Shown here in pieces: positions 12,191-24,967 of a stretch of DNA of 64,000 nucleotides; the first letter of the stretch is position 1; each line of letters begins with the position of its first letter. Origin of the DNA: Fonticula alba ATCC 38817 (Eukaryota; Protista; Nucleariida); assembly GCA_000388065.2 (NCBI GenBank), contig KB932202.1, one strand, 5' to 3'. Made by a program: the position numbers and the translations under genes. Below the pieces are notes generated by a model. It was not told the origin of the DNA. It did not search any database and saw only the letters and a list, made by a program, of their open reading frames with translations.

Positions 12191-13482
12191 AGGGTGAGGA
12201 GGGAGGAGGGAGACGGGAGATGGACAGGAAGGGGTCCGGATAATGGCAGCAGCAGGCCGAGCAGCGTCACGGACCGACGGAAATATACACAAGAGTCGTG
12301 GCTCCGCCGCCGCCGACCCCGGCCCCGGGGCCGCGAGAGGAGGCCACCGGGAACCGCCGGCGCTGGTCTTCCAGCCGGTGCCTCTGCGAGAGGGTTGTCT
12401 GGGAGGAGACACCCGCGGGATTGATGCACCCGACGCCGGTGTACCGTATGGCCGCGCTTCGCAGGGAACGGAGGATGCCCGGCAGCGCGGCGACCTCCTC
12501 AGTGATGTCGCACTCGCCAGCCGGCAGGGGGAGTTCCGTGAGAGGAGCCGACGAGTCGGGGCCACTTGGACCGGCTGCCCGTCGCCAGAGATCTGGAAGT
12601 CGGCAGGCGCATGCTCGTCAGTGTGAGGGATTGGGCAAGGCACAGTACATCAGGGGGGGGGGGGGGGATGGGCGTACCATCCGAGTGCAGGGGAACTGCC
12701 GGGTACTGGAGTTCCGGGGAGGTACACGCGCAAAGATCCACCGGGGGATGACTGGTGGGCGTGCCCGGCAGAGGGGGCGCCCCGGTGGGGCGGCCGGCCG
12801 CCAGTGTGGCGGGTGTGGCCAGATCCCCGGTCAAAGGGGCGGCCGATGGGACGGCCGGCGAGGTGTCGGCTGTCGGCTGCGGCGAAGGGCAGATGGCACC
12901 ACCGAGGGGCGGGCCATGTTGCGCGCAAGCCCCAGCCCCGGGCCGTGGCAGTGTTCCTGTGGGAGTGGACCGGGCAGCATGGATCGGAGGTTGCATGGCC
13001 GGCCCCGCCGGGGGACAAACGGCCTCCGCCCCCCGGGTCCCTGTGTGGTCCGCGGATCGGGGGGTCTCGCGTGGGCGTCTCCGCTCCGAGCGGGGCACCA
13101 TGATCGGTGGCCCGCTGGACAGGAGGGCTCGCTGGCGCATGAGGTGCGAAATGGTCAACGAGCTCTGCCGGGTGCTGATGGTCCTCGGGGGCGGGCGGAT
13201 GGGCGCCTCGGGGCCCGGCCGTGGGGAAAGCGTGCTGCCATCTACCGGTGCCAGGGGTGCCAGGAGGCCGGTTGGCGAGGGGATGCCTGGGGACGGCGGA
13301 GAGCCGGGCCCCACCCCGAGACGGCCGGCTGGCCAGCGAGACATCGGGCGGATGCCAACCGCGGAGTTCGAGCGAAGGATACAAGAGGGCGGCGGTGGAG
13401 GGGAGGGGGAGGGTGCCGAAAGAGATGTCCCAATGTATGCCGATCGGCTGTGCGACGGACCCGATTCGCCGTGCTGCCAGAT
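10451..13482 (-). CDS. Uncharacterised protein with C-terminal PCNA-interacting (PIP-box) motif QATLKSFF; 5' end unresolved
   Basis: Phase-consistent exons ~10451..11214, 11383..11589, 11784..12050, 12275..12592 and 12678..~13482, with high GC3 in the chosen frame and polypyrimidine tracts on the minus strand. The C-terminus reads QQATLKSFFGGPRPCPEAAPE*. Confidence 0.6.
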
Positions 13483-13541
13483 CTACCCCGGCAGGTGGCT
13501 GCGGCCCACGGCGGTGTGGGAAGCCTGGCTAGCCGGCCGAT

Positions 13542-13543
<2 letters not shown>

Positions 13544-13582
<39 letters not shown>
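13544..13582 (+). repeat. Long poly-G homopolymer (~39 nt)
   Basis: Directly visible. The run length is probably unreliable and obscures the 5' end of the minus-strand gene. Confidence 0.9.
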
Positions 13583-13792
13583 CTCTGATTGGGGCATGGG
13601 CGGCCCCGGGAGGACGGAGGCCGGTCTTGCAGGCACGACCACTGGCATGGTGGTGCGATCGCCGGCCGGCCGGAGGTGCCGACGGAAATGGGGCGTGACC
13701 GGGGGTCACCACACACTGGAATGATGTTCCAGATTTAGGTCCTGCGGGGTCATTCTTTGTCCGACTCGCCCAAGAGTTGAAGACGGCCAGCA

Positions 13793-13872
13793 GGGATCTC
13801 CCTCCCGGGGCGAATGGCTCACACCAGNNNNNNNNNNGGGATCTCCCTCCCGGGGCGAATGGCTCACACCAG
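13793..13872 (+). repeat. 35-bp duplication flanking a 10-N gap (probable scaffolding overlap artefact)
   Basis: GGGATCTCCCTCCCGGGGCGAATGGCTCACACCAG occurs at 13793..13827 and 13838..13872, on either side of N 13828..13837. Confidence 0.85.
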
Positions 13873-16800
13873 GGAAGGGGGGCTGGAGGGGGGGGCGCCG
13901 CGGGTGGGGTGGGGGGGGGGGTGGGGGGGGGGGGGGGGGGGGGGGCAGCCTGCGCCCAAGGCGGGCATCCTCATTCGCTGGGAAGAAAAAAGGCCCTCCC
14001 GGGACGCCATTGTTGTTCGGGCTGCCCCTGCCACGCCGGGCGTGGGTGCGCCTGCGCCTGCGCCGCGACTCGTACGATGTGTGCGGTGCATATGCTGTGC
14101 CGAGGACGGCCTGCCGATGACCGGGCCGGGTCGGGCCGGGCCCGGCCGCGCCGTGCTGGCCAGGCTGGCACGCACTCGGGCATTCGGTTCGCCCCGGAGC
14201 CGGAGGGGGGCGGGGCGGCCCTGTGCCGGGGTCCCAACCGACCGACCAGCAGCCATGTGAAAGTAACCTCGGGAGGACAAGCCCTGCCCTGCTGGCTCAT
14301 CGTCCTCCACGCTCGCGGGTCCCTGGCTCGATTGTCCCCCTCCCCACAGTGCCCGGGGGTCGGCACTTTGATTTGCCTTCGTGCCTCTTGCGTGCCAGTG
14401 TGGACCTACCGTTCTCTGTGCGGCGGGGGGGGGGGGGGGAGGAGGAGGGGACCCAGTTGTTCGCCTGGGATCTCGGCACCGGTCGACCGACCCTATGGCC
14501 TCCCTCTCTCGCTCTGTCTCTGTATCTCTCGCTCTCGGTTGAGGGAGTGCGCGTGCAACCTGCGCGGCCCCACCTGAGCTTCGTCGCTTGTTGACCACGT
14601 CTGATATAGTCCATAGCGGGTGTGGCAGGCAGGGGGGGGGGGGGGGTTAGGAGGGCCCGGGTCTCCTTGCCGGGCCGCGAATGATGGAGCTGCCCTCTTG
14701 CGGTGTACTTGTCTTCCCGAGCGGGGTCCCAGCGGGGGCGCTCCACCGGCCCCAGAGAAAGGGCGCTGCCGGAGGATCCTCGCCTGATCCGGACCCGCGG
14801 CCTTCCGTCCCCCCTCCCCCCGGAAGAGGTCGAGCCCGGCCGGACCGTGGGACCTCTGAATCATCATGACTACTCGACCACCCGGTCGCAAGCCCTCCCC
14901 TTGGCAACCGGGGATCAGCCGCTGCCGGTTCGTCGGTGTATGTGTGTGTGGAGGGGGGGGGGCTCCCGCGCCTTTCCCGGCCACCTGTGCGCGACCGGGT
15001 GGGGGGCTTCACCCCGACGCGCATAGTATCGGCGAGGATCGCGCGCGACCCCCCCCCCCCTTCCCCTGGGCGCGGCGCTTGGTCGGGGTGAGGCGCTCTC
15101 GGGCTGGCGGAACTGTGCGGGGTCTCCCATCCTCCCGATGTGCCTCTTCTTGGTGCCTGTTTGCAGATGGGAGGGGCGGCTGCCTGAGCGTGTGCCCCCC
15201 GCCCCCCCCCCCCCCCCTGCCGAGCTCCGTCCCAAGAGAGCAGGGTATCGGACCATTGGCTCCTCGGTGTGTGCGCCGCTGAGGCCTCGAAGGGGACCCA
15301 GTCCGTCAGGGCCACGACCTGGCCATCCTCACACACACGGCACACAATCCCCCTGTTGCCTCTATCCCCCCTCCCCTCCCCCCCTTTCCCTGCTCCTCCC
15401 CGCTCTCCTCTCCCTCCCGTCGGCAAGTCGCTGCCTCCGTCGAACCGACCGGCACCATCTCCCTCATCTCCCTTCCCCCCTCTCCTCATCCTTGCACGCA
15501 CGTCCCCCGTCGGCACACGGAGCCATCCTCCTCCCCAGAAGACAATCAGTACGTCGATCCGCTCCTCTCCTCTCTCCTCCCCTCTTCTCCCCCCTCCCCC
15601 TCCCCCCCTCCCCTCTCTCCCCCTCTTTCTCCTCCTTGCTGGTACCGCGCGGCCGCACGCATGAGCCGGTCATATGGCCCTCGCGCGTGACTTCGCTGCA
15701 CGGCCCGTCGATATTGCCCCACGGGGCCCCTTTGAGTCCTGGTGGGAGATATTCTCTTCTTCTCCGACACGAGAGGGAGAGGGTGTGCAGAAGAGCACGC
15801 CGTGCGCGGCCGCGCGGCCTACGCGGTCCCCGGATTGTGTGGCGGCCTTCCCGCCCGTTGTGTCGCTCTTTCCTCCCCCCCCCCCCCCACTCCCCGGGGC
15901 CTCGTTTGGGCGACGCACATCCACTCCGACCCCCTCCCCTCCCCGGCGGGCCGCCCTTCCTTGGAAATGACCGCCGGAGCAAGGTCATCTCTCCTGGGTG
16001 TCCCCCCCCCCCCCCCGCCCACCCGACCGGTGGCGGCGAAGGACGGTTTCATCCGTACTTTTCCCTGCGGGCGGCTCCCTCGCGCTTTTCTCTCCCATGC
16101 TCTCTCCCCTCCCGTTCCCCTGCTCCTTCAGCCAGGTGGCAGGGCCGCCAAGCCAGCTCCGACGTCCGTCGGCAGTTAAGGATACCCCGGCGTCTTGACA
16201 CGCATTGTGCACCTGTGTGCTCGCCGCCGAATGCCTGCTGGCGGGTGGGTGTGTATATGCATGCGTGTACGGCATCTGTCCCCCGAGGGAGGGGGGGGGG
16301 GCAGTTTCGCCCTTTTGTCGAGTGCGAATAGGCGGCTGCTTGTTCACGTCCGGCCATATGGTGGTCCTCTTGCGGTCCGCCATCCGTCCTGTGACTCATC
16401 CTCGGATGCCAAGCGCGCTTTCTCAAAGCCCCGGCCCGGCCCGGCCCGCCCCGCCCCGGCCCGCCCCGCTCCGCCGCCCTCCTACTACCTGGGCCTCTTG
16501 TCCGGCAATCGTGTGAGCTATTCTCCTGGCAGAGAGACCAGGAGGGAGGGGGCGGGGGGAGGGGGTCGACACCGTCAATGTTCGGACCCAGCAGCATGTT
16601 GTGCTGTGGGGCCCCCCAAGGAGCGGGGCCACGCGCATCCTGGTATCATCAGGGAGAGAAAGGGGACTGTTGTTTTCGCGGGCTCCCCCTCTGGCCCCAG
16701 GCTTGCGTGAGTGTGGGCATGCACCGGGCGCTCCGGGTCTCGCATTATGCATTTGCCGGTGCTTCCCCGCAGCCCGGCTGCCCCTCTGCCGGGCCCTGCG

Positions 16801-17825
16801 CGGAGACCTGCCCTTCGCGGTCCGCGCCCGATCGAGCTCCATTTTCACGTGCATGCTGGTCCATTTGTCAGGTTGTGGCGGCCGGAGGCGTGGACTTGCT
16901 CCCCCTCCCGATACCCCCATGCATTGTCAGGGGAAGGATGTTTGTGCGAGTGTTGTGTCTCTTCCTCCCTATCTGGCCTCGGTGCAGACGGGCCGCCTGC
17001 CGGAGCCACATGTGTCTTGATGTGCGCCGGTTCGCGTGCTCGGTCTGTTTTTCACACCCGCCACCAGCCTCCGGGGCTCCCGGTCGCGGTGGAACTGGTG
17101 TTTTGCGTCCTCGGCCGGCACAATGCCAAAGGAAGGGGGCAGAGGGGCTCATGCGCGGCTGCGGCCGGCCCCCTTGGGCTGTAATTTTTCCGGTCGCACG
17201 TATGAGCACATGCCTCCTGCCACTGCCAGCTCCCGGGAGGACACGCGCATCTGGCATGTGGCAGGGGCAGCCCTGGCCGCTTCGGTAACTCTGAGTGTAT
17301 GCGAGCGCTCGAAAGGCTGCTTCAGTTGCGCTGCCGAGGCCCGGGCGAGGGGTGGTGGTGAATGGGTGAGGCCCAAGCAGCTCGGTCTTCCTTGCCTCCG
17401 TTGTCTCTCTCTCTTCCTCTTCCTCTTCCTCCACGCATGCTACATCCCCCCATGCCTCTGGCTGGTTTCTGGCTGTGAAGGCCCTCCTTGTGTGTCATAT
17501 CTGCCCCCCTTGGAATCTCCAGCAGTCTCGCGACTTTCACGTTCTCTTGTCAGGAGCGGAGCCCCCCCCCCTCCCCCCTCCCTCCTTGGCTGGCCGCACG
17601 CGCATTTTCATGTGTGAGAGTATCTTTGCAATTTCGTGCCCAGGCATCCTCTGTCAGTGTGGTGAAAAAAATCGCCTCCTGACGCCCCTTTTCCAAGCCA
17701 GCTACTAGGACATGATCCTTCTCCCCCCCCCCTTCCGAATACTCTCCTTTTCCTCTCTCTCTCTCTCTCCCCTCCCCCACCCACCCACCCACCCATCGGC
17801 CCAGCCTCTTCTCGCCTTCTGACGC

Positions 17826-17956
17826 NNNNNNNNNNNNNNNNNNNNNNNNNNNNNNNNNNNNNNNNNNNNNNNNNNNNNNNNNNNNNNNNNNNNNNNNNNN
17901 NNNNNNNNNNNNNNNNNNNNNNNNNNNNNNNNNNNNNNNNNNNNNNNNNNNNNNNN
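17826..17956. other. Assembly gap (others at 13828-13837, 21069-21870, 27473-27574, 41200-41215, 57449-58088, 59702-60176)
   Basis: Runs of N, mostly bordered by homopolymer or microsatellite tracts. Confidence 0.99.
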
Positions 17957-17982
17957 CTCCGCCCCTTCTTTCCTTTGCCGCC

Positions 17983-18294
17983 ATGTCCGCGAACCCGAGT
18001 GACTCGCATCCCGTCGGGTCGGCGCCCGTCGGCACCGCCAGCGCCTCGTCTCTTCTCCAGGACCACATGAGTGACATCTTCCTCCTGTGTCTGGTGGCGG
18101 CCATTGTCTTTGGCTATTTCTACCAGAAGCGCATGATGGAGCGCAAGAAGGACCGCTCCCCGCCGTCCAGCAAGGCCGCCCCGGTGGTGACCACCCCGGT
18201 TCCCACCTGCACCAAGAACCTGATGTCCAAGATGCGCGAGTCGGTATGTTCGCTCGGTCGCTGGCCGGGGGCTTCGGCCGGTGGCGCATGTCTC

Positions 18295-18327
<33 letters not shown>

Positions 18328-21040
18328 ATCTCCTCCTGTCGCTCTTCCCGAGTCGCACCCTAACTCTCTTCCTCCCTCCCTTTTCCGGGCATGCCTATGC
18401 ACAGAACAAGAACGTCGCCATCTTCTTTGGCTCTCAGACCGGCACGGCCGAGGATTACGCCAACCGCATCGCGCGCGAGGCCAAGCAGTATGGCTTTGAG
18501 CCGGCCGTCATCGACATCGAGACCTATGATCTTGTGCGTGTCATTGTCGCGATGTGTCAGGAACTCGCACCTCGCCGGCTCTCTCCCACTCGCACGTCCC
18601 TTTCTGACGACACCTGCTCATATCCCTCCGGTCCCCCTCCCCCCCCCCCCCTTCCCCCTCTCTGCAGACCGACCTTGCCGAGTTCACCAAGGATATGCTG
18701 GTCTTCTTTGTGGTGGCCACCTATGGCGAGGGCGAGCCGACCGACAACGCCCAGGACGCTTACACCACCTTCTCCGAGGACGACCTGGAGCCTGGGCTCA
18801 TGAGCAACCTGAACTTCGTGGTCTTCGGCCTCGGCAACAAGACCTACGAGCAGTACAATGTCATGGGCCAGTTCTGGGACCGGCGCCTGGAGGAGCTCGG
18901 TGGCCACCGTGTCTTCACCCTGGGTCTGGGTGATGATGATGGCAACCTCGAGGAGGACTTCATCTCCTGGAAGGACGAGATGTGGCCGGCGGTGTGCTCG
19001 CACTTCGGCAAGGATGCGCTGGCCGCGTCCGGTGCCCTGGTCCGGGAGTTCCGCGTGGTGGAGAAGACCGAGGAGGAGGTCCCCCTCTCGCGGCTGTTCT
19101 CCGGCGAGATCGGCCCGCGCCTGGTTCCCCCTGCCCAGCAGACTCGCCCGCCCTACGACATCAAGAATCCCTTCTATGCGGATGTCGTTGTGCACCGTGA
19201 GCTCATGCCGACCGGCCACAACCGCCGTGCCATGCACATCGAGGTCAACCTCAAGGGGATTTCCGCTCTGCCGTACGTTCGACGATGGCTTTCTCTCGGC
19301 CCCCTCCCCCCTGGGGAGTGGCCACCACTTCTCTCTTGGTCTTTGTTGGGCGTCTGGTCGCTTCCGTTTGTGGCGGTGGCGGTGGCGGTGGCGGTGGCGG
19401 TGTCTTTGGACTATGTGGGTTATATATTTCCCCTTCTTGTGCTGACATGTGCTCATTCTCATCCCCCTTCCTCTTTCTTTCTCTCTCTCTCTCTCTCTCT
19501 CGCCCACCCTGGCCCCACCGTACTCTCATGCCACAACCGCAGCTACTCCACCGGTGACCACATCGGTGTCTTCGCCCCCAACTCCGCGCTTGAGGTCGAG
19601 CGTCTGGCTGCTGCTCTGGGCATTGCCAATCTCGATACCATCATCAGCATTGTTCCGGCCGACCGTACGTCCCCCCTCCCCTCCCCCCCCCCCCCCCCCC
19701 CTTCTCCCCCCCTCCCCCCCCCCCCCACCCCCACCGCACCCACCAGCCCGAACCACCATTCTCGGGGTTTCGGTGGGCCTGTGTCTGCTGATCCTCCTGC
19801 TCGTTGCCGGGACCCTTGTCTACTTTCTTGTGGTGAAACGGGCACGCCTGGCAAAGCCCCCCGTCCTGGCACCGGCTCCTGCCCCTTTGTCCCCCCCTCT
19901 CCCCCCCCCCCCCCTTGCCCCTTCTCCTGGCCAGCTCCTCCTCCCTGTTCTTGGCACTTTCTCCTGACCATCGGTTGCCCTTCTCCCGGCTTTCCACTTG
20001 GCCTGGCCCCACTGGTGTTGCCTGCCTCCCGCGCCGCAGCCTCCTCTCCCAAGCAGTCTCCCTTCCCCTGCCCGACTACCTACCGCACGGCCTTCACCCA
20101 CTACCTGGACATTGTGACCCCCCCGCGCACGCACATCATCCAGGCCCTGGTTCAGTCGGCTCCCGAGGGGTCCCCCTCGCGTGGGCACCTCCAGGCCCTC
20201 CTCTCGCCCGAGAGCAAGGAGGAGCTCAACCGCTATCTGAATGTGGACTACCGGTCGCTGGCCGACATTCTCCTGCAGTACCCGGACATTCGGCCGCCGG
20301 TGGACCTGATCCTGGAACTGCTGCCCCGTCTGCAGTGCCGTTACTACTCGATCGCCACCTCGAGCCGGGTCAGCCCGGATACCGTGGCCATTTGCGCCTC
20401 TCTGACGGAGTTCACCACCAACACCGGGCGCCAGGTGACCGGTGTGGCCACCGGCATGTTTGCCAACATCAAGCCCGCCTTCGAGGCTGCGGTGGCCGCT
20501 GGCGATCCCGCCTCGGTGGCCTTCCCCACCATGCCGGTTTTCATTCGGAGCTCCTCCTTCAAGCTGCCGGCTCTCTCCACCCGTCCGGTTCTGATGATTG
20601 GCCCTGGCACCGGTGTGGCTCCCTTCCGTGGGTTTGTCCAGGAGCGCCTGTACCAGCGTGACAATCTCAATCGCGAGGTCGGCGATACGGTTCTCTTCTT
20701 TGGCGCCCGTTTCCCGGAGGAGTTCCTCTATGAGGAGGAGTTCCGCGCGGCCGAGGAGTCCGGCCTCCTGGAGCTGCATGTCTGCTTCTCGCGCGTGCCC
20801 GGCACTCAGCGCAAGTATGTGCAGCATCTGCTGGAGGTCCACCGCGAGCGCGTGTGGGATCTCATCCAGCGCAATGCCCTCATCTATGTGTGTGGCGATG
20901 CCAAGAACATGGCTCGCGATGTCAACCGCAAGTTTGTCGACATCGCCCGCGACCTCGGGGGCTTGACCGAGGAGGATGCCGTGAACTTTGTCAAGAAGCT
21001 TCGCAGTGACGCCCGCTACTTCGAGGATGTCTGGACCTAA
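17983..21040 (+). CDS. POR: NADPH-cytochrome P450 reductase, 5 exons, ~705 aa
   Basis: Model join(17983..18243,18405..18533,18668..19272,19543..19664,20040..21040) is 2118 nt. It has an N-terminal TM anchor, FMN motifs FFGSQTGTAE, ATYGEGEPTDNA and FGLGNKTYE, FAD motif RYYSIA, NADPH motifs MIGPGTGVAPFRG and YVCGDA, and ends EDVWT. Confidence 0.97.
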
Positions 21041-21871
21041 ATGGGCAGGAGGGGGATCGTCCTCCCCCNNNNNNNNNNNNNNNNNNNNNNNNNNNNNNNN
21101 NNNNNNNNNNNNNNNNNNNNNNNNNNNNNNNNNNNNNNNNNNNNNNNNNNNNNNNNNNNNNNNNNNNNNNNNNNNNNNNNNNNNNNNNNNNNNNNNNNNN
21201 NNNNNNNNNNNNNNNNNNNNNNNNNNNNNNNNNNNNNNNNNNNNNNNNNNNNNNNNNNNNNNNNNNNNNNNNNNNNNNNNNNNNNNNNNNNNNNNNNNNN
21301 NNNNNNNNNNNNNNNNNNNNNNNNNNNNNNNNNNNNNNNNNNNNNNNNNNNNNNNNNNNNNNNNNNNNNNNNNNNNNNNNNNNNNNNNNNNNNNNNNNNN
21401 NNNNNNNNNNNNNNNNNNNNNNNNNNNNNNNNNNNNNNNNNNNNNNNNNNNNNNNNNNNNNNNNNNNNNNNNNNNNNNNNNNNNNNNNNNNNNNNNNNNN
21501 NNNNNNNNNNNNNNNNNNNNNNNNNNNNNNNNNNNNNNNNNNNNNNNNNNNNNNNNNNNNNNNNNNNNNNNNNNNNNNNNNNNNNNNNNNNNNNNNNNNN
21601 NNNNNNNNNNNNNNNNNNNNNNNNNNNNNNNNNNNNNNNNNNNNNNNNNNNNNNNNNNNNNNNNNNNNNNNNNNNNNNNNNNNNNNNNNNNNNNNNNNNN
21701 NNNNNNNNNNNNNNNNNNNNNNNNNNNNNNNNNNNNNNNNNNNNNNNNNNNNNNNNNNNNNNNNNNNNNNNNNNNNNNNNNNNNNNNNNNNNNNNNNNNN
21801 NNNNNNNNNNNNNNNNNNNNNNNNNNNNNNNNNNNNNNNNNNNNNNNNNNNNNNNNNNNNNNNNNNNNNTC

Positions 21872-21904
<33 letters not shown>

Positions 21905-22092
21905 TTGGGTGTGCTCGTCGGTAATCCGGCCTACTTGGTGGCGCGGCTGCTCTGAGAGCAATCCCCACGCCGAGGCAAGACTGTCACCGTAGGCCCTCTA
22001 GTCGGCACATGCAACAGGTCCTCCTCGGCGCTCGGCTCACCCAACCCCTCGCTCAGCGAATGGGTTCCCTGCCCGCCGGTCATTTGCCCGGC

Positions 22093-24918
22093 TCAGAGAA
22101 GGAGTGTAAACGAGGACTGGGCCAAGGCCACCAGCAGGCCAGCCCACAGGAGAAGTTCCGATGGAGCGCCGACAAGGTCTCCCACCCATGAGGAGGACTT
22201 CCCGGCGTCCGGTTGTTCCCCCTGCCCAGGGGCCGGGTCGATGGTCGACAGTTTGGCTGCCTCCGCCAGGCCGGGCGGTCGCTGCTGCAGAACAAAGTAC
22301 CGCAAAGTGGCCTCAAGGTCCCGGAGGACGGCGGCCGACACGGCGTCACTCGCGGCTCCAGCCATGGACTGGGACTTTTGTTGATGGTGCTGCTGCTGCT
22401 GCCTTGCCGGACCATTGAGCGATGCGGCGGCCGTCGCCAGGAAGGACGCCCCACGCGAGAGGGCCTCCTGCAGCCGAGCCAGGGAGATCAGACGCACTGA
22501 AGCCCCGGCGATCGAAGGCCTGGCGGAGTTGGCCTGCAGCTGAAGAACCTCGGACGCTTCGCGAAAGGTCAACAGACCCTCGGAGGGGAAGATGTCGCTC
22601 CACCGGGTGTGGCATTCGTGACTGGCGTCCTGGCGGATGCGACTGGCCTCGGCGAGCGTGATGTCGATCACCGGGGTGCCGATCCAGACCATGCCTGTCT
22701 CGCCGTAAAAGGGTGCGGAGGAGGGGGGGGGAGGGGGAGGGGAGGGGCGAAGAGGACCGGCGACGACGCACGGCGCCGCGCCATTCAGCACGCGACCCAA
22801 TCCCAAGCCCAGGTACCGCGGAAGCCAAGCCGGCCGGTGGACGGCGCAAGTGTACGACGAGCCGTCGGTCAGTGCTCATTGCCCATGCAATCGTCAACCA
22901 CCCCTGGGAGCTTGACCGGCCCCTGGGCGAGACACCCGGGCGGCCTGGCCAGCTTGTAGGGGCAGCAAGGGGACCCACCAAAGGGCGGCCCCACGTACCG
23001 ATGGCCACGTCCGAGCTGGCAGCCGCCTCAATCAGCAGACGGTTCTCGTGCGGTGTCGTTGGATAGGCGGCGACCAGCAACTTCGGCCCGATGCCGATCT
23101 GCCGGGCGAGCTCTTCGCATGCATTTGCTCGATTGTCGCTGGCACGCTGTCATGAGGCAAAGGATGGCGCAGCCGGCCCGAAGCCCACCGGAAGGCCGAA
23201 CACCGGACAAGTTAATTTCCCACTCCAACAGGCTGGACAGCACGCGGCCTTCCTGACCCCTCCTTCCGGCCCCCCTGCCCCGCCCCGATGGCATTATCCA
23301 TCCTATCCGGCGACTGGCCGCATGCGACATCTCCTGGGCGAAGGACAGGAGCTCCCCAACACAAGGCGGCCTGCCTGCTCGCCGCCGCCCCCTTTTGGCC
23401 GGCCACAGGACGTACGTGATGCTTCGTGGTGAGATGCCACTCGCCGGAGACCCTGTTGCGGCAGGCTACCGGCAGGGCCAGCGGGTCGGACACCTCCCGC
23501 TGGATGGCCGTCGCGGCGCCCTTGGCATGGGTCCCGATGGTGACCCAGCGGCCGGCCGGCACGATGGCCAGTTCCTCCACCTCCAGGCCACCGATGTGCG
23601 TCAGGCGCCGGCCCACCGCAGACCCAAGAGCGCGAGACAGGGCCAGGCGCTGGCCCTCGGTCAGGGCTCTCGGCGCCGCCGGGTAGTCCGTCTCGAGGGC
23701 AGCAAATTCCGGGCCGACGGCCGCCCAGCCGGCCAAAACCATGGCAGTGTGCACGCCCCCGGGCCGGCAGGCACGATGCCCATGTCCCGGCGCAAAGGAC
23801 CACACGTACTGCTGGGCCACCCGCTGCTCGGTAAGATGATCGGCACATGCAGACGCCCGGCACTGCATGATGCTGCATCAGCCGCCATGGTGGAACCCCG
23901 CCAGCAGCCGGTGTGTGCATGTCCATTTCAGAAGGTGAGTCTCATGGCAAGCGGGCTGGCCAAGAAAAAAAGTCCAACAACAACAATTCTCCCCCCTTGG
24001 TCTCTTCTCCGGCTCTTGGCCAGCGCCCGCCCGGCCGGCTGGTGTGGCCATGTCGGCCTCGGTGGGTCCGATGGCTGTGACCGGCTGCCCGACCCGGTCT
24101 CTGCGGCCATGCTCCCCCCCCCCTCCCCGCTGAAACACACGGGTTTGCCATGCGCCGATCCCCACCATCCCTGCCCGCAGGGAGCACGCACTCGGTCACC
24201 AGGGTCGGTGTGAGCATGCCGACATCGCGCCGGCCCACATAGTCGACGATGTTGTTGCGCACGATGTTGATCGACACCTTGGTCCGGTCTTCGTAGATTC
24301 GATCGAAGAGCAGGGCCTCTTGAGTGTGCTTGCTCGCCGGGGTCCCGGCGACGGCTTGCCCCGCAGCCGCCCTCCGGAATTGCTCCAGCGTGCATCCGCC
24401 CCGGGATTCATGTTCCTTGACCATGTTGTCTTTTTTTTTTCCCCCGCCCGGTCGCGCCAATGTGTGAGGTTAATGGGTACTGGGCCACATGGGGAACGAA
24501 GAGCGTGGCCGGACACTCCGCCCCCGCACCCCCGGCGCACGCGGCCCCCCCCCCTCTCCCTGGACCAGAGATAAAGGCCCGTACCTGGATAGTCGAATGC
24601 CGGCTCCAGGTTGTGCATCCACACCCGAGTCTCTGGCCAGCGCCGGTGGAGAGAGTTCACCTCGGAGCTCGGGCCGAAGAACACCACCCGGGCGTGGGGG
24701 ACCATCTGTCGGAGCTGATTGTGCGACGGCCAGTGCTGCATGGCAGTTGCCGACGAGATCTGGGTCGCTTGCCAGGCTGCCAGATCCGCCGGCCGGAAGA
24801 GCATGTCGCCCGGGGTCCCGCCTACCCCGGAGGTGAAGGCCGCCAAAAGCGGGCCCAGGAACTCCTCCTCGCTGGCGCCCTGCATGATGTCCTCGATCTC
24901 CAGGAAGACAATCTCATC

Positions 24919-24967
<49 letters not shown>

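Noticed and set aside
14838-14870. C/D-box snoRNA (ATGATGA on the minus strand)
   Set aside because: There is no D box (CTGA) with a terminal stem at an appropriate distance.
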